The notes below the pieces were generated by a model, which made no database searches, had not been told where the DNA came from, and saw only the letters and a program-made list of their open reading frames with translations. 64,000 bases of DNA from Anaeramoeba ignava BMAN (lineage: Eukaryota > Protista > Anaeramoebae). This document shows positions 38,327-52,407 of this stretch, piece by piece. The number at the start of each line of letters is the position of its first letter. The stretch's first letter is position 1. Location: positions 744,001 through 808,000 of the forward strand of contig JAPDFW010000103.1 in the NCBI GenBank assembly GCA_028826165.1, given 5' to 3'. The position numbers were made by a program, and so were the translations under genes.

Positions 38327-41300
38327 TTATTTTTCCTTTCTTTTTTTGGATTTTCGAAATGATTTTTTTAATGATTTTTCAAATAATTCTCGAAATGAAT
38401 TTTGATTTGGTTTTTCATTTGAATCTTGAAATAATTTTCGAAATAAATTTTCTTTTGAATTTTCATTTGATTTTTGATTTGATTTTTCATTAGAATTTTC
38501 ATTTGATTTTTGGAATAATTTTTGAAATGAATCTTGAAATGAATTTTGACTTGATTTTTCATTAGAATTTTCATTTGAATTTTCATTTAAAAAATCTTCA
38601 TCTTCGAAAATTTTAAGTAATTTTTTTGGTTTCATTTCAGTATTTTTATTATATCTTCTTAATCTTTTATTTTCTGGAGAAATTTCATCAATAGAATTAA
38701 GATCAATTAAGTCACTATAATCAGATTTATTGTTAACTATTAAATCAGTATCGAAGTTATCACTTGAAGTTTCAATTAAATTTTTATTTGAAGATAAATT
38801 TTGTATTAATTCTTGGAATGAATTCATTCTTATTTTAAAACGATTTGTTGGAATATTATTAGAATCTTGTGAATTTTCAGCATCTGAATATTTTCCTTCA
38901 GAAATTCTTTTGTTTAACATTTCATTAAGTATTGGATGTTTTAGAATTTGCTCTGTATTTGGTCTTTTGTTTATATCTTTTTGTAATAACCAAATGATTA
39001 TATCTTTTAAATTTTGTGATCTAGATATTTTATATTCAAGTTTATCTGAATGATTTCTATTTAAGTCTTTGAAGAATGTTTTAGAAATTTCTGAAGGATT
39101 GAATGAATTTGATATATTATTTTGAATATCTTTTTGAATATCTTTTTGAATATCTTTTTGAATATCTTTTTGAATATTATTTTGAATATTATTTTGAATA
39201 TTATTTTGAATATTATTTTGAATATCTTTTTCAATATCTTTTTGAATATCTTTTTGAATATTATTTTGAATATCTTTTTGAATATCTTTTTGAATATCTT
39301 TTTGAATATCTTTTTATCTTTTGAATATCTTTTTGAATATTATTTTGAATATTATTTTGAATATTATTTTGAATATTATTTTGAATATTTTTTTGAATAT
39401 CTTTTTGAATATCTTTTTCAATATCTTTTTCAATATCTTTTTGAATATCTTCTTCATTATTTTTTTGTTGTTGAATATTTTCTTCATTATTTTTTTGTTG
39501 TTGAATATTATTTTGCATATCATCTCTCAATAAATTATTATCTGAAAATATATCTTCTTTATTAGAACCAATATTTCGTAAAATTTGCCATCCTTTCCCA
39601 GAAATAGGTAAATGAACATGTGAAGCCATTTCATAAATAGTAATTCCAAGACTAAAAATATCATTTAAAACATTAGCAACATTTTCAATTTCTGCTGTAT
39701 GATCAAAAAATTCAGGTGGAAGATATCGAGAATCTCCTTCTCGATCTATAATTTCATTTTGAGAACGCATTAATCCAAAATCTGCTAATTTCCAAAATTG
39801 ATTGTGTAAAAGAATATTTTCTGGTTTAACATCCAAATGAACCAAATTTGATGAATGAAGAAAATGAAGTCCCTAAATTGAATAAAAAAAGCACAAATTA
39901 TTTTCAAATATTATATTAAAAACTTTTCATTTTCAAGTTTGGAAAATTATTTGATAAAAATACCAATGTTATATCAAGTAAACAATCCCAAATTTCTTCT
40001 TCAGAAATTTTTGGATTTTTTTCAAGATAATTTTCTAAACTTCCTCCATTACAATAATCCATTTGAATATATAAATAACCTTGTTCTTGCCAAGCATTTA
40101 TAATTTTAAGAATATGACTTGAATAAATTGTTTGTTTTTTGGTTAATAATTTTATATTTCCAAATATTTCTTGATATTTTCTATATTTATCTCCTCGGCT
40201 TTGGAATTGTGATTTAGATTTTTTAATTGCGTAAATTTTATTATCTTTTATACGTTTTACTTGATATACAATTCCAAAAGATCCTTTTCCTATTTCTATT
40301 TTATTTGTAAAATCTTTTTCAAATGCTTTTTTTTTTAAATTTATAAATAAATTTTTAAATAAATTTTTAAATAAATTTTGAAATAAATATTTAAATAAAT
40401 TTTGAAATAAATTTAGAAATAAATTTTTAAATAAATCTTTAAATGAATTTTTAAATAAATTTTTAAATAAATTTTTAATTGAATTTATAAATAAATTTTA
40501 AATTGAATTTTAAATAAATTTATAAATAAATTTTGAAATAAATTTAATAATAAATTTTGAAATAAATTTAATAATAAATTTTGAAATAAATTTAATAATA
40601 AATTTTGAAATAAATTTAATAATAAATTTTGAAATAAATTTAATAAATTTTGAAATAAATTTAATAATAAATTTTGAAATAAATTTAATAATAAATTTTG
40701 AAATAAATTTAATAATAAATTTTGAAATAAATTTTCAAATAAATTTTTAAATAAATTTTTAAATAAAATTTGAAATAAATTTTTAAATAAATTTTGAAAT
40801 AAATTTATAATTGAATTTTTTAAATAAATTTATAATTAAATTTTTAAATAAATTCATAAATAAATTTATAAATAAATTTTTAAATAAATTTTTAAATAAA
40901 TTTTGAAATAAATTTTGAAATAAATTTTGAAATAAATTTATAATTAAATTTTTAAATAAATTTATAATTAAATTTTTAAATAAATTTATAATTAAATTTT
41001 TAAATAAATTTATAATTAAATTTTTAAATAAATTCATAAATAAATTTTTAAATAAATATTTAAATAAATTTAGAAATAAATTTTGAAATAAATTTAGAAA
41101 TAAATTTTGAAATAAATTTATAAATAAATTTATAAATAAATTTAATAATGAATTTTTAAATAAATTTAATAATAAATTTAATAATGAATTTATAATTGAA
41201 TTTAATAAATAAATTTAATAATAAATTTTTAAATAAATTTAATAATAAATTTTGAAATAAATTTTTAAATAAATTTTTAAATAAATTTTTAAATAAATTT

Positions 41301-41608
41301 TTAAATAAATTTTTAAATAAATTTTTAAATAAATTTTTAAATAAATTTTTAAATAAATTTCATTTTGAATTGTAAATTTAAATTCTTCTGAATAAGCATA
41401 AAATAATTTGCAATTAATAACTACATATTTCAGGTTGTTGTTCAGAAGAAAAAATAACTTCAGTTCCAAAATTAAAATCTCTTGTTTTTTTTGGATTTGG
41501 AGAAGGACAACTCATAATTTTAGATCGTCTTTTTGAAAAATAACTCTTTTTTGGTTTTGTTTTTGTTTTTTGAACAGTTGATGATTGAAATATTTTTTGT
41601 TGTGACAT
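38327..41608 (-). CDS. Wee1/Myt1-family kinase; exons 41608-41425, 40325-39964, 39872-38327 (one frameshift in the repeat near 39315)
   Basis: IGKGSFGIVY, YAIKKSK, AWQEQGYLYIQMDYC, HLDVKPENILL, KLADFGL, EGDSRYLPPE (Wee1/Myt1 hallmark), KRPNTEQILKHP. Confidence 0.87.
40330..41360. repeat. ~12-bp AAATAAATTTT(T/G) minisatellite in kinase intron 1
   Basis: Direct reading. Confidence 0.9.
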
Positions 41609-42192
41609 TTTGAAATTAAATTAAATTATAAATTTTAAAATAAATTGATTTAAAAAAATTATTTAGAAAAAAAAAGAAAAAATGAATTTTGTTTTTCTTT
41701 TTTTTTTGTTTTTTTTTCTTTTTGTTTTTAAACTGTTTTTTTTTTTATTTAAAATAATAATTACTCAACTTGATATTTAAATTATTCATTTTTTTTTTGT
41801 TTTGAATTTAAAATTTTTTATATAAAATTTTGTGAATACATTTTTATTAAAAGTTATTTAAAAGAATCAAAGAAAAACTTCATTTATATTTTTTTAAATT
41901 AAATTAATGGAATAGAATTTGAAAAAAAATGATTTTTTATGTTTAAAAAAAAAAGAAATTTTTTTTGTTTTCTTTTTTAAAAAATTATCTGTTAAAAATT
42001 ATTTAAAAAAAATTAATTTTAAATAAATAAATTAATAATAAAAATTTTTAGAAGAAAAAGATTTAATAACTTATTTATGAGGGAAATATTATAAAAGTAA
42101 TTCTCAAAAATGAAAAAAAATATCAAAAAAAAAAAACAACAAAAATTTTTTTCAATTTTTTTTCATTTTTTTTTTCATTTTTTTTTTCCGAA

Positions 42193-44587
42193 ATGATTAT
42201 AACTAAATTTAGATTAGAAAATATTCCAAATCCAAAACAATTAGATCTATTTCTTGTATTTCTTTTTTTAATTCAAATTAATCTTTATTTTAAAAAATTT
42301 AAAACAAAAACAAAAAAAGAAACAACTTAAACATTTAGAAAAAATGTTAAAATTATGTTTTCAACAAGAATTAACAGTTTATAAATTTGGGAATTTTTGG
42401 GAAAAAACACTTGAAAATACTTCATCTCATCAAATATTGTAACAATTAAAAAATCCAAATTCAAATTTTAATTCAAATTTTTTTATTTTAAAAATTCAAG
42501 TTCAAATACAATGAAAATTTTACAAGAATCAAAAAAAAATAATGAAGAATTTATCAAATCATTCGATCATTTTTGGGAATCTTTAAAGTGAACATTTATT
42601 TCAAATAAATAACAAAATTACAAAATAATTTAATTATTTTTATCAAATCAAAAAACGGAAAAAAAAATAGTAAAGTTTTGAATCAATATAATATTTTCCA
42701 AGAAACTCAAAATCAAGTGAATTTAGCAGAAAAATATTTCCATCAATTTGAAAATGCTGAAAATAATAAAAAAGAAAAATCTTTATATGCAAATAAAATT
42801 GGAGATCGTGATTTTGAAACAAAAATTAATACTGAAATTAATAGAGATCTCCATAAAAAAAATCAAGCAGAAAAAAGGTTTTTAAGATTGAAACAAATTA
42901 GATATCAAGCTGCTAAAAATTTTAAGAATTTTGAATTAAAAGCTTTTATAGAATGTTTTAAATTTATTTATAAAAAGATCTCTAAATATCTTCAAAATCA
43001 AAATATAATATATAAAAAGGAGCTTGAATTTTTAAATAATTGTGATTGTTTTCCAACTAATGAAATTGAAAATCAAAATCAACATCAACATAAACATAAA
43101 CATAAACTTAAGCATGAAAATAGGAAGAAAATTCAAAATCAAAATGAAAATGAAAATATAAATAAAATTCAAAATCAAAATCAAAATCAAAATCAAAATC
43201 AAAATGAAAATATAAATGAAAATCAAAATCAAAATCAAAATCAAAATGAAAATGAAAATGAAATGAAAATGAAATTGAAAATGAAAATGAAAATGAAAAT
43301 CAAAATGAAAATCAAAATGAAAATCAAAATCAAAATCAAACCAAAATCAAAATCAAAATCAAAATCAAAATCAAAATGAAAATGAAAATGAAGAAAAAAT
43401 TGAAAATCAAAATCAAAATGAAAATCAAAATGAAGAAAAAATTGAAAATGAAAATCAAAATCAAAATCAAAATCAAAATCAAAATGAAGAAAAAATTGAA
43501 AATCAAAATGAAAATGAAAATGAAAATGAAAATGAAAATCAAAATCAAAATCAAAATCAAAATCAAAATCAAAATCCAAAATCAAAATCAAAATCAAAAT
43601 CAAAATGAAAATGAAAATATAAATAAAATTCAAAATCAAATTCAAAATCAAATTCAAAATGAAGAAAAAATTGAAAATGAAAATGGAAATGAAAATCAAA
43701 ATGGAAATGAAAATCAAAATCAAAATCAAAATCAAAATGAAAATCAAATCCAAAATGAAGATGAAAATATAAATCAAAATCAAAATGAAAATGAAAATGA
43801 AAATGAAAATGTAGAAAAAATTGAAAATGAAAATCAAAATCAAAATGGAAATGAAAATCAAAATGAAGAAAAAAATGAAGAAAAAATTGAAAATGAAAAT
43901 GAAGATGAAAATCAAAATGAAAATCAAAATCAAAATCAAAATCAAAATCAAAATGAAAATCAAATCCAAAATGAAGATGAAAATATAAATCAAAATCAAA
44001 ATGAAATTGAAAATGAAAATGAAAATGAAATTGGAAATGAAAATGAAAATCAAAATCAAAATCAAAATCAAAATCAAAATCAAAATGAAAATCAAAATCA
44101 AAATCAAAATCAAAATCAAAATCAAAATCAAAATCAAAATCAAAATCAAAATCAAAATCAAAATGAAAATCAAAATGAAAATCAAAATGAAAATCAAAAT
44201 CAAAATCAAAATCAAAATCAAAATGAAAATGAAATTGGAAATGAAAATGAAAATGAAAATGAAAATCAAAATGAAAATGAAAATGTAGAAAAAATTGGAA
44301 ATGAAAATGAAAATAAAAATGAAAATGAAAATGAAAATGGAAATGAAAATCAAAATGAAGAAAAAATTGAAAATGAAAATGAAAATGAAAATGGAAATGA
44401 AAATGAAAATGGAAATGAAAATCAAAATGAAGAAAAAATTGAAAATGAAAATGAAAATGAAAATCAAATTGAAAATGAAAATGAAAATGAAAATCAAATT
44501 CAAAATCAAAATGGAAATGAAAATCAAAATCAAAATCAAAATGAAATTGAAAATGAAAATGAAAATCAAAATCAAAATCAAAATTAA
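42193..44587 (+). CDS. Helical (BAR-like, tentative) protein with a ~1.5 kb NQ/NE tail; exons 42193-42255, 42320-42438, 42501-42587, 42671-~44587 (frameshifts in the repeat)
   Basis: Three in-phase GT-AG introns give a continuous ~220-aa amphipathic helical region (MIITKFRLENIPNPKQLDLFL|KQLKHLEKMLK...) before (AATCAA/AATGAA)n. Confidence 0.6.
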
Positions 44588-44624
44588 AATCAAAATCAAA
44601 ATCAAAATAAAAATAAAAATGAAA

Positions 44625-45025
44625 AATAAGAATAAGTTTAATTTAATATTTAATTTATAAATTAATTTAAAAATATAATTTAATATTTAATTCCATGTTT
44701 AAAATAATAATTTAATGTTTTAGATTTAAATATTTTATTATTTAAATATTTAACATAAAAATATAAAAAATAAGAATAAATTTAATTTAATATCTAATTT
44801 ATAAATTAATTTAAAAATATAATTTAATATTTAATTTTATGTTTAAAATAATAATTTATTGTTTTAGATTTAAATATTTTATTATTTAAATATTTAACAT
44901 AAAAATATAAAAAATAAGAATAGATTTAATTTAATATTTAATTTATAAATTAATTTAAAAATATAATTTAATATTTAATTTTATTATTAAAATAATATTT
45001 TAATGTTTTAGATTTAAATATTTTT
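44625..45025. repeat. ~144 bp satellite (~3 copies) upstream of BTB-TLDc copy A
   Basis: GTTTTAGATTTAAATA landmark at ~44717, 44860, 45006. Confidence 0.9.
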
Positions 45026-45096
45026 ATTTTTAAATTCCAATTTTTTTTTTCATTTTTTTCCTTTTTAAAAACAAAAAACACAAAACAAAAAACAAA

Positions 45097-46616
45097 ATGA
45101 ATAACAATAATAACAATAATAACCAAATTGCAAATGCAAATCAAAATCAAAATCGAAATGAAATGAAAAATTTAGAAAAAAAAGTAACAAAAAATTTAAT
45201 TGAAAATTATTCAAACCTTTTAAATGGAAATTCATTTAAAGATTTTTCAATTTTTGTTGAGAATGAATCAAATCCTTTTGAAATTAAAGTTCATAAATCA
45301 ATTTTATGTTCAAGATCTCCTTTTTTTAATAAGTTTTTAAAAGAACAAAACGATATTGATAAGATTTTTTAAATCAATTTAATAAAAAAGAAATGGAATC
45401 AATTTTGAGTTATATTTATTATGGAAATATTTCTTTTAAGAAAAAAGAAAATCTTCTTCAATTAATGGAAATTTCAATTTATTTTAAATTAAATTTATTG
45501 AAAGAAATTATTCAAAAAAAAATTCCAAATTCAATTAATTATTCAAATTTTTTCCAATTTTTTTTCCAAAATCGAAATTTAAATTCAAATGAAATTGAAA
45601 TAAAATGCTTTGAATTAATAAATCAAAATTTTTCCCAAATTCAGAATAATGAGAATTTATTCAATTTAACTCAAGAAGAAATTATCAAATTTATTCAATT
45701 TAAACAAGAAAAAAAAGAAATTTTTCAATTTGATTTTTTTCAATTTTTAAATAATTGGATTGGAAAAAGAAATGAAAGATTAACAAGAAAGAAATATGAA
45801 AACAAAATGAATGCAAAGCAAAGATTATTTCATTCTTTTTTTTCATTATTTGATAAAGATTCAATTTCAACACAAGTTTTTTCTCAATTAAAACAATTTA
45901 ATATTTTTTTTCCCAAATCTTTTTTAATTGATCTTCAAAACACAGATAGAGCAGAAAATGAACAAATGAAAATTGAAATTAAAGATAAAAATAGAGAAAT
46001 TGAGAGAATGAAACCATTTTTTGATCAATATCATAGCGAAAAAATCAAAAAGAATTTTCCTAAATTTTCAGATTCAAGAATTATTAAAGATATTGAATAT
46101 GTTAAGAAATTACAAGAATGGATAAATGATAATAAGTTTATTTCTAAAATGAAAAAAGGATTTTCAGCAAAAAGAGATGGATTTGATTCTCAAAACTGGC
46201 ATAAAGCAGTTGATTGGAAAGGAAAAACATTAATTATTATCAAAACAAAAGATAATTTTATTTTTGGAGGTTTTACTCAAGTTGGATTTAATGGAAATAC
46301 AAATCAATTCATTAATGATTCAAATGCATTTATTTTTTCATTAAGAAATGATAAAGGGGATAGAATTCCTGCAAAGTTTACAATTAAACAAAGTCGAGAA
46401 AGAGATTCAATTTATTCTAATTTAAGTTATGGTCCAACTTTTGGTGCTGGATGGGATTTTGGTTTAGATTCTAATTTACAACCTGGTTATTCAAATTTTG
46501 GTAATAGTTATAATCTACCTAATGGAATAACTCAAGGAACAAATGAAGCTAATAGTTATTTAGCTGGTTCTTATAATAAATGGGTTGTTGATGAACTTGA
46601 ATCTTATTTCATTTAA
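45097..46616 (+). CDS. BTB-TLDc protein, copy A (one frameshift at the T6 run 45365-45370)
   Basis: FKDFSIFV...IKVHKSILCSRSPFF (BTB) plus FSAKRDGFDSQNWHKAVD-x-KGKTLIIIKTKDNFIFGGFT...AFIFSL...GPTFG (TLDc). Confidence 0.85.
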
Positions 46617-46741
46617 AAAATTAATTAATAATAAGAAAATCAAACTTTTTTTTAATTTTTTTTTCAAAATTTAATTCAATTTTAATTTACTTTTAATCAA
46701 ATTAATTTCTTTAAAATAATAAATAAGAAACAAATCCTTAA

Positions 46742-47520
46742 AATTTATTATTAAAATAATAATTTATTGTTTTAGATTTAAATATTTTATTATTTAAATA
46801 TTTAACATATAAATATAAAAAATAAAAATAGATTTAATTTAATATTTAATTTATAAATTAATTTAAAAATATAATTTAGTATTTAATTTTATTATTAAAA
46901 TAATAATTTAATGTTTTAGATTTAAATATTTTATTATTTAAATATTTAACATATAAATATAAAAATAAGAATAGATTTTAATTTAATATTTAATTTATAA
47001 ATCAATTTAAAAATATAATTTAATATTTAATTTTATTATTAAAATAATAATTTATTGTTTTAGATTTAAATATTTTATTATTTAAATATTTAACATATAA
47101 ATATAAAAATAAGAATAGATTTAATTTAATATTTAATTTATAAATTAATTTAAAAATATAATTTAATATTTAATTTTATTATTAAAATAATAATTTAATG
47201 TTTTAGATTTAAATATTTTATTATTTAAAATATTTAACATAAAAATATAAAAAAATAAAAATAGGTTTAATTTAATATTTAATTTATAAATTAATTTAAA
47301 AATATAATTTAATATTTAATTTTATTTTTAAAATAATAATTTAATGTTTTAGATTTAAATATTTTATTATTTAAATATTTAACATATAAATATAAAAAAT
47401 AAAAATAGATTTAATTTAATATTTAATTTATAAATCAATTTAAAAATATAATTTAATATTTAATTTTATGTTTAAAATAATAATTTATTGTTTTAGATTT
47501 AAATATTTTATTATTTAAAA
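46742..47520. repeat. Same ~144 bp satellite (~6 copies) upstream of BTB-TLDc copy B
   Basis: Landmark at ~46769, 46913, 47056, 47200, 47346, 47490. Confidence 0.92.
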
Positions 47521-47904
47521 ATATTTTGAAAATTGATTTTTGAAATTAAAATTTTATCTTTTTTTTGAATTAAATTGAATTAATATTAATTTGGAAATTT
47601 GTTTTTAAATTTAAATTTATTTAATTTTAATAATTTTTAAATTAAAAAATTAAATTAAAAATTAAATTAAAATAATTTTCCTTTTTTTTAATAAAAAATT
47701 AATAAAAATAATAATTTATTAATAAATTAATTTAAAATAATAAATTAAAAAGAAAATTAAATTAATTATTAATTTAAATTTATTCTTATTTTTATATTTT
47801 TATTTATTTTCAAAAATCCACTTTTTTTTATTTTTAAATTTTTTTTCATTTTTTTCCTTTTTTTAAAAACACCAAAACACAAAACAAAAACACAAAAACA
47901 CAAA

Positions 47905-49610
47905 ATGGATAATGTAAAAATAACCATAATAACAATAACAATAACCAAATTCAAAATGCAAACAAAAACAAAAACAAAATCAAAATGCAAATCAAAATCG
48001 AAAATCGAAATGAAAATGAAATGAAAAATTTAGAAAAAAAAGTAACAAAAAATTTAATTAAAAGATTATTCAAACCTTTTAAATGGAAATTCATTTAAAG
48101 ATTTTTCAATTTTTGTTGAGAATAAATCAAATCCTTTTGAAATTAAAGTTCATAAATCAATTTTATCTTCAAGATCTCCTTTTTTTAATGAATCATTAAG
48201 GCAAGAATCTCTTTCTATTTCTTTTTAAATCAATTTAATAAAAAAGAAATGGAATCAATTTTGAGTTATATTTATTATGGAAATATTTCTTTTGAGAATC
48301 AAGAAAATCTTATCCAATTATTGGAAATTTCAATTTATTTTAAATTAAATTTATTGAAAGAAATTATTCAAAAAAAAATTTTAAATTCAATTAATTATTC
48401 AAATTTTTTCCAATTTTTATTCCAAAATCGAAATTTAAAATCAAATGAAATTGAAATAAAATGTTTTGAATTAATAAATCAAAATTTTTCCCAAATTCAA
48501 AATAATGAGAATTTATTCAATTTAACTCAAGAAGAAATTATCAAATTTATTCAATTTAAACAAGAAAAAAAAGAAATTTTTCAATTTGATTTTTTTCAAT
48601 TTTTTAAATAATTGGATTAAAAAGAAATTAAATCATTAAAATTAAGGAAATATGAAAACAAAATGAATGCAAAGCAAAGATTATTTCATTCTTTTTTTTC
48701 GTTATTTGATAAAGATTCAATTTCAAAACAAGTTTTTTCTCAATTAAAACAATTTAATTTTTTTCTTCCAAAATCTTTTTTAATTAATCTTGAAAAAAAA
48801 ATTGGAAAAGAAAATGAAGAAAAAGATAAGAAAATTAAGACATTTGAATCTGAAACTCACAAATTGAAGAAAGAAAATCAAGATAAAAACAAAGAAATTG
48901 AAGATAAAAACAAAGAAATTGAAAAGAAAGATAAAATTCTCAAACAAAAAGAGAAAGAAAATAAAGATATGAAACCTATTTTTGATAAATATCGAGATCA
49001 ATACCAAAAAGATTTGGAATTTGAAAAGAAAATGGAAGAAATCAAAAAGAATTTTCCTCAATTTTCAGATTCAAGAATTATTAAAGATATTGAATATGTT
49101 AAGAAATTACAAGAATGGATAAATGATAATGATTTTTTTTCTAAAATGAAAAAAGGATTTTCAGCAAAAAGAGATGGATTTAATTCTCAAAATTGGCATA
49201 AAGCAGTTGATGGAAAAGGAAAAACATTAATTATTATCAAAACAAAACAAAATTTTATTTTTGGAGGTTTTACTCAAGTTGGATTTAAACATTCAAATGG
49301 AGAATACAGTAATGATTCAAATGCATTTATTTTTTCATTAAGAAATGATAAAGGGGATAGAATACCTGCAAAGTTTACAATTAAACAACCTCAATATGCA
49401 ATTCTTTCTGCTTTAAGTAATGGTCCAACTTTTGGTTATGCTGGACATGATTTTAATTTAAATTCCAATTTACAACCTGGTTATTCAAATATTGGTCATA
49501 GTTATAATCTACCTAATGGAATAACTCAAGGAACAAATGAAGCTCAAAGTTATTTAGCTGGTTCTTATTCTTCATGGGTTGTTGATGAAGTTGAATCTTA
49601 TTTCATTTAA
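47905..49610 (+). pseudogene. BTB-TLDc protein, copy B; several single-base indels (pseudogene or unpolished assembly)
   Basis: Closely similar to copy A including the 3' flank; frame breaks near 47915, 48062, 48222, 48600 and 48620, mostly in homopolymers. Confidence 0.6.
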
Positions 49611-50084
49611 AAAATTAATTAATAATAAGAAAATCAAACTTTTTTTTTTAAATTTTTTTTTTTCAAAATTTAATTCAATTTTAATTTACTTTTAATCAAA
49701 TTACTTTCTTTAAATTAATAAATAAGAAACAAATTTAATTTTAAATAATTTAATTTTAATTTAAAATATTTATTAAAAATTTAATTAATAAAAATAATCT
49801 AAAAAAAAAAAATAATAAATTTTAAAAAAATTGAATATTTTTAATATAATAAATAAAAATAAAAATTGAAAATAGAAATTAATAATAATTAAATTTAAAT
49901 TCATTAATTAAAATATTAAAATAAAAAAAAATCAAATAAAATTTATTATTAATTAATATTTAAATATTAATAAATTATAATCAAAATCAAAAAAATAGAA
50001 TAATTAGTAAATTATTTTTAGAAAGTTTATCTTATTCAATCATGTTAAATTCAATTTATTTAAAATTTTTAATTTTTAATTTTA

Positions 50085-51565
50085 TTTTTAATATATTTTA
50101 TTATAATTAAAATTGAAATAATAAATAATCAAAAATATTAATATAATAAATAAAAAAATATTATATTAAATTAAAATAAAAAATAAATTTAAATTAAATT
50201 ATTATTAAATATTATTAAAATTAAATATTTATCTTTATTAAAATATTTATTCCACTTTTTTTTAATATATTTTATTATAATTAAAATTGAAATAATAAAT
50301 AATCAAAAATATTAATATAATAAATAAAAATATTATATTAAATTAAAATAAAATCAATTTAAATTAAATTATTATTAAATATTATTAAAATTAAATATTT
50401 ATCTTTATTAAAAATATTTATTCCACTTTTTAATATAATTTTAAAATTAAAATTGAATAAAATAAATAATTAAAAATATTAATTTAATAAATAAAAATAT
50501 TAAATTAAAATAAAATAAATCTAAATTAAATTATTAAATTATTAAAATTAATTTATATATTTATTAAAATATTTATTCCACTTTTTTAATATATTTTATT
50601 ATAATTAAAATTGAATAATAAATAATTAAAAATATTAATATAATAAATAAAAATATATATTAAATTAAAATAAAATAAATTTAAATTAAATTATTATTAA
50701 ATATTATTAAAATTAAATATTTATATTTATTAAAATATTTATTCCACTTTTTAATATATTTTATTATAATTAAAATTGGAATAATAAATAATCAAAAATA
50801 TTAATATAATAAATAAAAATATATAAAATAAAAAAAATCAATTTAAATTAAATTATTAATAAATATTATTAAAATTAAAACATATATATTTATTAAAATA
50901 TTTATTCAACTTTTTAATATATTTTATTATAATTAAAATTGAAATAATAAATAATCAAAAATATTAATATAATAAATAAAAATATTATATTAAATTAAAA
51001 TAAAATAAATTTAAATTAAATTATTATTAATTATTATTAAAATTAAATATTTATATTTATTAAAAATATTTATTCCACTTTTTAATATATTTTATTATAA
51101 TTAAAATTGGAATAATAAATAATCAAAAATATTAATTTAATAAATAAAAATATTATATTAAATTAAAACAAATTTAAATTAAATTATTATTAAATATTAT
51201 TAAAATTAAATATTTATATTTATTAAAATATTTATTCCACTTTTTTAATTTTATTATAATTAAAATTGAAATAATAAATAATTAAAAATATTAATTTATA
51301 ATAAATAAAAATATTATTTCAAATTAAAATAAAATAAATTTAAATTAAATTATTATTAAATATTATTAAAATTAAATATTTATATTTATTAAAATATTTA
51401 TTCCACTTTTTAATATATTTTATTATAATTAAAATTGAAATAATAAATAATTAAAAATATTAATATAATAAATAAAAATATTATATCAAATTAAATTAAA
51501 ATAGATTTAAATTAAATTATTATTAAATATTATTAAAATTAAATATATCTTTATTAAAATATTTC
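50085..51565. repeat. AT-rich satellite, ~165 bp monomer, ~9 copies, containing TTCCACTTTT
   Basis: TTCCACT landmark at ~50250, 50421, 50576, 50742, 50905 (variant TTCAACT), 51073, 51235, 51401. Confidence 0.92.
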
Positions 51566-51574
51566 AATTTTCTT

Positions 51575-52020
51575 TCAATTTTATTAAATTATTGAGAATA
51601 GTTTTATATTATTTTTAAATAAAGAAATATTAATTAAATATATAAAATAGAATTAATTTTAAATTTAATTGTTTAATATTCCTTATTCTATTTTTGAAAT
51701 AAATTAATTAAAATATTTTATTTATTTTATTAAAATTATTGGGGATAATTTTATATTATTTTAAATAAAAGAAATATTAATAAAATATATAAAATATAAT
51801 TAATTTTAAATTTGAATTATTTAACATTCTTTATTCCATTTTTGAAATAAATTAATGAAAAGATTTTATTAATTTTATTAAATTATTGGGAATAATTTTA
51901 TATTATTTTAAATAAAGAAATATTAATAAAATATATAAAATAGAATTAATTTTAAATTTAATTGTTTAATATTCCTTATTCTATTTTTGAAATAAATTAA
52001 TGAAAAAGATTTTATTATTG
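51575..52020. repeat. Different ~146 bp satellite, 3 copies
   Basis: AAAGAAATATTAA at ~51621, 51768, 51913 with matching flanks. Confidence 0.85.
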
Positions 52021-52407
52021 AAAGAAAAGAAAAACAATATAAATTTCTTAAATTAATATTAATAATGAGAAGTGAATTATATCAGGAAATAACAAAAACT
52101 TCAAATAAAAAATTATAGTGAATTAAGTAATAAATCATTCCAAAATTCATTTATTCAAATCAAAAAGAAAAAATTCAAAATCAAGAAAATTGATGAAATT
52201 CAAATTGGAATTGATTATTTTCAATTAAATCAAAATTAAAATCAAAATTAAAATGAAAATAAAAATCAAAATCAAAATCAAAATTAAAATTAAAATTAAA
52301 ATCAAAATCAAAATCAAAATCAAAATCAAAGATGAAATCAAAAAAGAAAGAAATGAATTTTTATTGATTATTTGATGAAGAAATCAAAAAAAAAATGGAA
52401 AATGATT

